From positions 1 through 29,980 of IMG/VR virus record IMGVR_UViG_3300027838_000835: 29,980 nucleotides of DNA; one strand, 5' to 3'. Both the position numbers and the translations under genes were made by a program. Below the pieces are notes generated by a model that made no database searches, was not told where the DNA came from, and worked only from the letters and a program-made list of their open reading frames with translations. Every line of letters starts with the position of its first letter. Positions within the stretch are counted from its first letter, which is position 1. The stretch comes from a virus (lineage: Duplodnaviria > Caudoviricetes). Shown here one piece after another: positions 25,481 through 29,980 of this stretch.

Positions 25481-27069
25481 TGTCTGATAATATAACACTA
25501 CAACCTCTAAAGGAAGTAATCAAACAAGAATATGTAAAATGTGCTAAAGATCCTGCATATTTTATGAAGAAGTATTGTATGATTCAACATCCAATACAAG
25601 GGAAAATACCATTTGCTTTATATGATTTTCAAGAAAAAACAGTAAATGAATTTCAAGAAAATAGATTTAATATACTATTAAAGGCAAGACAACTTGGTAT
25701 CAGTACATTAACTGCTGGATATTCTTTATGGTTGATGACATTTCATCAAGATAAGAATGTATTGGTTATTGCTACGAAACAAGATGTTGCCAAAAACCTT
25801 GTTACTAAAATTCGTGTGATGCACGCAAATCTTCCAAGTTGGTTAAAACAGAAATGTGTGGAAGATAATAAATTAAATCTACGATATGTAAATGGTTCAC
25901 AAGTAAAGGCAGTCTCATCGGGTCCTGAAGCAGCTCGTTCTGAAGCTCTATCATTATTGATATTAGATGAGGCGGCATTCATTGATAAGATTGATGATAT
26001 ATGGACTGCTTCACAACAAACATTGGCAACGGGAGGTAGTTGTATTGCACTTTCTACACCAAATGGTGTTGGAAATTGGTTTCATAAACAATGGGTTGAG
26101 GCAGAAGAAGGTAGTGGAATGTTTAATTTTGTCAAACTTCATTGGACGGTACATCCTGATAGAAATCAAGAGTGGAGAGATGAACAAGATACATTACTGG
26201 GAATACAGAGTGCGGCACAAGAATGTGATTGTGATTTTATCACTTCTGGTACTTCAGTAGTTGATGGTGAAATTTTAGAACAATGCAGAGAGTTAATGGT
26301 TAAAGATCCATTAGAAAAGCGTGGAGTTGACAGTAACTTGTGGGTATGGGAGCCACCAAATTATACAAAGAGTTATGTAGTGTGTGCAGATGTTGGTCGT
26401 GGTGATGCAGCAGACTATAGTGCATTTCATGTTATAGATATAGAGAAAGTTGAACAAGTAGCAGAGTATAAGGGTAGAATACCTACTAAAGATTTTGGAA
26501 ATATGTTGGTTAGTATTGCAACAGAATATAACGATGCTTTACTAATTATAGAAAACAATAACATTGGTTGGGCAACCATCCAACAAGTAATAGATAGGGA
26601 TTATCCTAATCTATTTTATACGAGTAAAGATTTACAATATGTAGATGTTCAACATCAGTTGAATAATCGATATAGAGCGGCAGAAAAAAATATGGTGGCT
26701 GGATTTAGTACCACTGCACGAACTCGACCTTTGATTATTGCAAAGTTAGAGGAATATTTTAGGGATGAATCAGTAGTGGTTCGTTCCAATAGATTAATAG
26801 ATGAATTATTTACATTTATTTATCTAAACAATAGAGCAGAAGCAATGAGAGGATATAACGATGATTTAGTTATGTCTTTTGCTATTGGTTTATGGGTTCG
26901 TGATACTGCATTAAGATTACGAACAGAAGGAATTGAGTTAACAAAAAAGACACTTGATAGATTTCAAGATGTTGATGGACTATACACTCCCGATGACAAT
27001 GATACTGGTGAATGGGAATGGGAAGTAGGCCACGATAGAAAGAAAGAGTCTTTAAAATGGCTCTTATAA
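25480..27069 (+). CDS. terL: Terminase large subunit (T4 gp17-like)
   Basis: LYDFQ, KARQLGIST Walker A, LILDEAAF Walker B, LSTPNG, QECDCDF, nuclease ADVGRG...DYSA, IENNN, DDLVM. Confidence 0.96.
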   Translation: MSDNITLQPLKEVIKQEYVKCAKDPAYFMKKYCMIQHPIQGKIPFALYDFQEKTVNEFQENRFNILLKARQLGISTLTAGYSLWLMTFHQDKNVLVIATKQDVAKNLVTKIRVMHANLPSWLKQKCVEDNKLNLRYVNGSQVKAVSSGPEAARSEALSLLILDEAAFIDKIDDIWTASQQTLATGGSCIALSTPNGVGNWFHKQWVEAEEGSGMFNFVKLHWTVHPDRNQEWRDEQDTLLGIQSAAQECDCDFITSGTSVVDGEILEQCRELMVKDPLEKRGVDSNLWVWEPPNYTKSYVVCADVGRGDAADYSAFHVIDIEKVEQVAEYKGRIPTKDFGNMLVSIATEYNDALLIIENNNIGWATIQQVIDRDYPNLFYTSKDLQYVDVQHQLNNRYRAAEKNMVAGFSTTARTRPLIIAKLEEYFRDESVVVRSNRLIDELFTFIYLNNRAEAMRGYNDDLVMSFAIGLWVRDTALRLRTEGIELTKKTLDRFQDVDGLYTPDDNDTGEWEWEVGHDRKKESLKWLL

Positions 27070-27087
27070 CTAACAAAGAGGTAAAAA

Positions 27088-28932
27088 ATGGCTGATAAAA
27101 CATTATTCGGTAGACTAAAACGATTATTTAGTACAAATGTAATTGTAAGAAATGTAGGTGGTAAGAAACTAAAAATAGCCGATACTGATAAATTACAACA
27201 CGGTGTACGAAGTCATCTTGTAGATAGATATTCAAAAATGCATAGTGGATTGGACTTAATTAGTTCTGGATATTCAACCGTACATCAGGTTATGGCGGCA
27301 AGACTTGGGTTATTTACAGATTATGAAACAATGGATTCAGATTCTATAATATCGAGTGCACTTGACATTTATTCTGATGAATCAACAATGAAAAATCCGT
27401 ATGGTGAAGTTTTGGAGATTAAAAGTGATAATGATAATATTAAATCTATATTAAATAATCTTTTTTATGATATATTGAATATAGAATTTAATTTATGGCC
27501 GTGGGTTCGTAATCTATGTAAATATGGAGATTTCTTTTTACATTTAGATATAAATGATAAATATGGAATCACTAATGTTATTCCATTATCACCTTACGAG
27601 GTACTTCGTGCAGAGGGTGAGGATCCAGAGAATCCATACTATACAAAATTTTATTTAGAGACTATGGAAGCTACTCATCCTTATTTACAACGGAATCAAT
27701 CTAACCATGGAAGAGTAGAATTTGAAAACTTTCAAATTGCACACTTTAGATTATCAAGTGATAGTAATTTATTACCTTATGGTAAGTCAATGTTAGAGGG
27801 AGCACGTAAAGTTTGGAAACAAGTTGTATTGATGGAAGATGCTATGTTAATTCATCGTGTTATGAGAGCGCCAGAGAAGAGAGTTTTCAAAATTGATATT
27901 GGTAATATTCCACCAAATGAAGTTGATAATTATATGCAACGAATCATTAATAAAATGAAGAAAACACCTTTCATTGATGACGCAACTGGTGATTATAATT
28001 TGAAATTTAACATACAGAATCTAACAGAAGATTTCTTTATGCCAGTTCGTGGTGGAGATAGTGGTACTCAAATTGATTCACTACCAGGAATGCAATATGA
28101 AACTACAGATGACATAGAGTATTTGAAAAATAGATTATTGGCAGCACTTCGTGTTCCTAAAGCTTTTCTTGGATATGAAGAATCACTTGGTAGTAAAGCA
28201 ACACTTGCAGCAGAAGATGTTAGATTTGCTCGTACTATTGAGAGAATACAAAGAATTGTAACAAGTGAGTTAACAAAGATTGCAGTTGTTCATTTATATT
28301 CACAAGGATTTACTGATGAAGAATTGGTTAACTTTGAGTTGGGATTAACAAATCCATCTACGATTTACGAACAAGAAAAACTTGAAGTGTGGGGAAATAA
28401 AGTTAGTTTGGCTCGTGATGTAAAAGATAATCAACTACTTTCAACTGAATGGGTATATAAAAATATTTTCAATTTTACGAATGATGATATTAAGAAAATT
28501 GAAAAAGAAATTGTAGCCGATCAAAAACAGAAATTTAGATTTAGTCAAATTGAACAAGAGGGTAATGATCCAGCGGATAGTGGAGAGGCAGTTGGTACTC
28601 CCAGTGATTTAGCCACTATTGGAACGACTCCAGCAGAAGATGGAAAACAGGCGGAACCACCCGATACAGCAATGGGTTCACTATTTGATCAAGGTGGAGC
28701 ACCAGAAGGCGGGTTTGAGGGAGCAGGTAGACCTAAAGAGATGAGTAAATATGGAAAAGATGGGAGTGCTCGAGATAGAGATCCTCTTGGAAAAGTAAGT
28801 CCACGATTGGCACTTTCTCATTATGATGTTTTGAAAAAAGCATTGAAAGGTTCTAAGAGAGAGATACTAAAAGAGACAACAGATTCAGAGATAATTGAGA
28901 ATGAGTATGATGAATTTGTTAAAAAAGATTAA
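27088..28932 (+). CDS. Portal vertex protein (T4 gp20-like)
   Basis: LMEDAMLIHRVMRAPEKRVFKIDIGN, EDFFMPVRGG...TQIDSLPG, DIEYL...ALRVPKAFL, EDVRFARTI; directly follows terL; GAGGT at 27078. Confidence 0.95.
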   Translation: MADKTLFGRLKRLFSTNVIVRNVGGKKLKIADTDKLQHGVRSHLVDRYSKMHSGLDLISSGYSTVHQVMAARLGLFTDYETMDSDSIISSALDIYSDESTMKNPYGEVLEIKSDNDNIKSILNNLFYDILNIEFNLWPWVRNLCKYGDFFLHLDINDKYGITNVIPLSPYEVLRAEGEDPENPYYTKFYLETMEATHPYLQRNQSNHGRVEFENFQIAHFRLSSDSNLLPYGKSMLEGARKVWKQVVLMEDAMLIHRVMRAPEKRVFKIDIGNIPPNEVDNYMQRIINKMKKTPFIDDATGDYNLKFNIQNLTEDFFMPVRGGDSGTQIDSLPGMQYETTDDIEYLKNRLLAALRVPKAFLGYEESLGSKATLAAEDVRFARTIERIQRIVTSELTKIAVVHLYSQGFTDEELVNFELGLTNPSTIYEQEKLEVWGNKVSLARDVKDNQLLSTEWVYKNIFNFTNDDIKKIEKEIVADQKQKFRFSQIEQEGNDPADSGEAVGTPSDLATIGTTPAEDGKQAEPPDTAMGSLFDQGGAPEGGFEGAGRPKEMSKYGKDGSARDRDPLGKVSPRLALSHYDVLKKALKGSKREILKETTDSEIIENEYDEFVKKD

Positions 28933-28963
28933 CGTAATAAATGTATAATTATTTGAAGTTTTT

Positions 28964-28972
28964 ATATTTATA
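28964..28972 (+). promoter_or_regulatory. ATATTTATA motif, candidate late promoter
   Basis: Intergenic, 35 nt before ATG 29008; identical 9-mer to 19475-19483. Confidence 0.45.
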
Positions 28973-29007
28973 TATGTACGTAAATATACGGATTAATGGA
29001 GCAATTA

Positions 29008-29886
29008 ATGTCTTATAATAAAAAGCACAATAAAATAAAGAATACGGGTATTCTTTTTGAACTACTTACACGTCAAATAACGGTTGACGTATTGAATAAT
29101 GAAAAAAATAGTTCAGCAATTAAAATTTTAAAAGAATTCTTCAATGAGAAGACTGAATTAGGTAAAGAAAATCAATTCTATAAGGTTTTAATTGAAAAGA
29201 GATATAAAAATCTACAACACGCGGAGATATTAATTGAAGCTGTAATTAAAAATCGTAGAAAATTATCTAACCATAGATTAAGAAATGAAAAATATAATCT
29301 TATTAAAGAGATTAAAACGGTTTATGATGCTAAAGATTTTTTCAATACAAAAATACCTAATTATAAAGTTTTAGCATCAATTTATAATTTATTTGAAGGT
29401 GAATCTTCTCGTGAAGATTTCGGGCCAGTAATAGAAACTGATAGTAAAGTGGTTGTAATGGAGAATATCACGAATGAAATTTCAAGTGGCGTTAAAAAAT
29501 CTAAAAATAAAACACTTAATTCGTACAATACACAAGAAGAGGATATTAGACTCTTAACTTATCAACTATTGGTTGATAAATTTAATAAAAAATATAGTAC
29601 ACTAAACGAATCACAAAAGAATTTGCTAAGAGAGTATATTAACAATCTATCAAATACTAATTCTTTAAGAGAATTCATAGATGCTGAGGTTATCAAGATT
29701 AGAAAACTTTTATCACGACATTTAACTAAGGTTACTGATAAAATTACGAAAATAAAATTAACTGAGGCAATCAGCCATTCAGAAACTGCAACAGGTGGGA
29801 CTCATGTAAAAGATTCTCACGTAGTTTCTCTAATGAGATATTATGAACTTGTTAAGGAATTAGAAAATGTCCATAAAAATAAGTAA
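29008..29886 (+). CDS. Hypothetical helical head-region protein downstream of portal
   Basis: KHNKIKNTGILFELLTRQIT...FNKKYSTLNESQKNLLREYI...LMRYYEL; GGAG at 28998 favours ATG 29008. Confidence 0.75.
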   Translation: MSYNKKHNKIKNTGILFELLTRQITVDVLNNEKNSSAIKILKEFFNEKTELGKENQFYKVLIEKRYKNLQHAEILIEAVIKNRRKLSNHRLRNEKYNLIKEIKTVYDAKDFFNTKIPNYKVLASIYNLFEGESSREDFGPVIETDSKVVVMENITNEISSGVKKSKNKTLNSYNTQEEDIRLLTYQLLVDKFNKKYSTLNESQKNLLREYINNLSNTNSLREFIDAEVIKIRKLLSRHLTKVTDKITKIKLTEAISHSETATGGTHVKDSHVVSLMRYYELVKELENVHKNK

Positions 29887-29980
29887 AAAGCGATTTGTAG
29901 AATTACTTCGTACTATTCTAAAAAAAGAAATAGCAGAAGCATCCACAACTGCAACTGCAGGTGGGGAATATGATACTCCG
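29867..29980 (+). CDS. 5' fragment of next gene (MSIKISKKRFVELLRTILKKEIAEASTTATAGGEYDTP...), truncated by window edge
   Basis: Hand translation; open to the end of the window; AAGGA upstream; overlaps the previous gene's end. Confidence 0.65.
   Translation, partial: MSIKISKKRFVELLRTILKKEIAEASTTATAGGEYDTP

Noticed and set aside
1930-27103. Numerous short antisense or alternate-frame ORFs in the track (e.g. 1930-2259, 2452-3006, 6558-6782, 11437-11811, 23564-23902, 25967-26260)
   Set aside because: They lie within longer motif-bearing genes and have Phe/Ile/Ser-rich shadow composition with no recognisable motifs.
25480-28932. Intein or intron in terminase/portal
   Set aside because: Lengths are ordinary, conserved motifs are contiguous, and no splicing or homing endonuclease motifs were seen.
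22636-29961. 15-bp repeat AACTGCAACTGCAGG near 22637 and 29947
   Set aside because: Both copies are in coding sequence for Thr-Ala-Thr-Ala-Gly with preferred codons; two copies give no evidence of att sites or regulation.
1-29980. Alternative genetic code (TAG/TGA recoding) as in some large phages
   Set aside because: Terminase, portal and enzymes are full length in code 11, and TAA, TGA and TAG all end genes at sensible, coupled positions.
1-29980. CRISPR arrays, tRNAs, rRNA, IS elements, intrinsic terminators
   Set aside because: Once the small ORFs are included no intergenic gap exceeds about 85 bp; no spaced repeats, cloverleafs, transposases or GC-rich hairpin + U-tract were seen by eye. 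A covariance-model scan would be needed to exclude them fully.

Overview
AT-rich (roughly 30% GC by eye), densely coding, almost entirely + strand segment of a large tailed dsDNA phage (Caudoviricetes) with T4-like packaging genes; it reads in the standard genetic code. The left two thirds (1-19461) is an about 19.5 kb glycan synthesis/modification locus: two GT7 (beta-1,4-galactosyltransferase-like) enzymes each split by an inserted LamG-like domain, a twitch/SPASM radical SAM enzyme, a stand-alone LamG-like protein, a HAD phosphatase, a cupin/NTP-transferase/kinase fusion, shikimate-dehydrogenase-like and GatZ/aldolase-like enzymes, three paralogous putative glycosyltransferases, a GT10-like protein, three SGNH-fold proteins, an NDP-sugar dehydratase/reductase, an RmlC-like epimerase, a shortened split ThDP enzyme pair and a ParB/Srx-fold protein. 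An inverted two-gene unit sits inside it (an uncalled 56-aa CxC-rich peptide plus an HxD...H oxygenase-like gene) behind a palindromic AT-rich motif. The right third (19510-29980) holds late/morphogenesis genes: P-loop kinase, GH108 endolysin, a 928-aa cytidyltransferase-like/ligase-like multidomain protein, two membrane coiled-coil proteins, large terminase, portal and downstream head-region genes. Four short ORFs missing from the supplied track were found by hand translation. All family calls come from motif recognition, not database searches.
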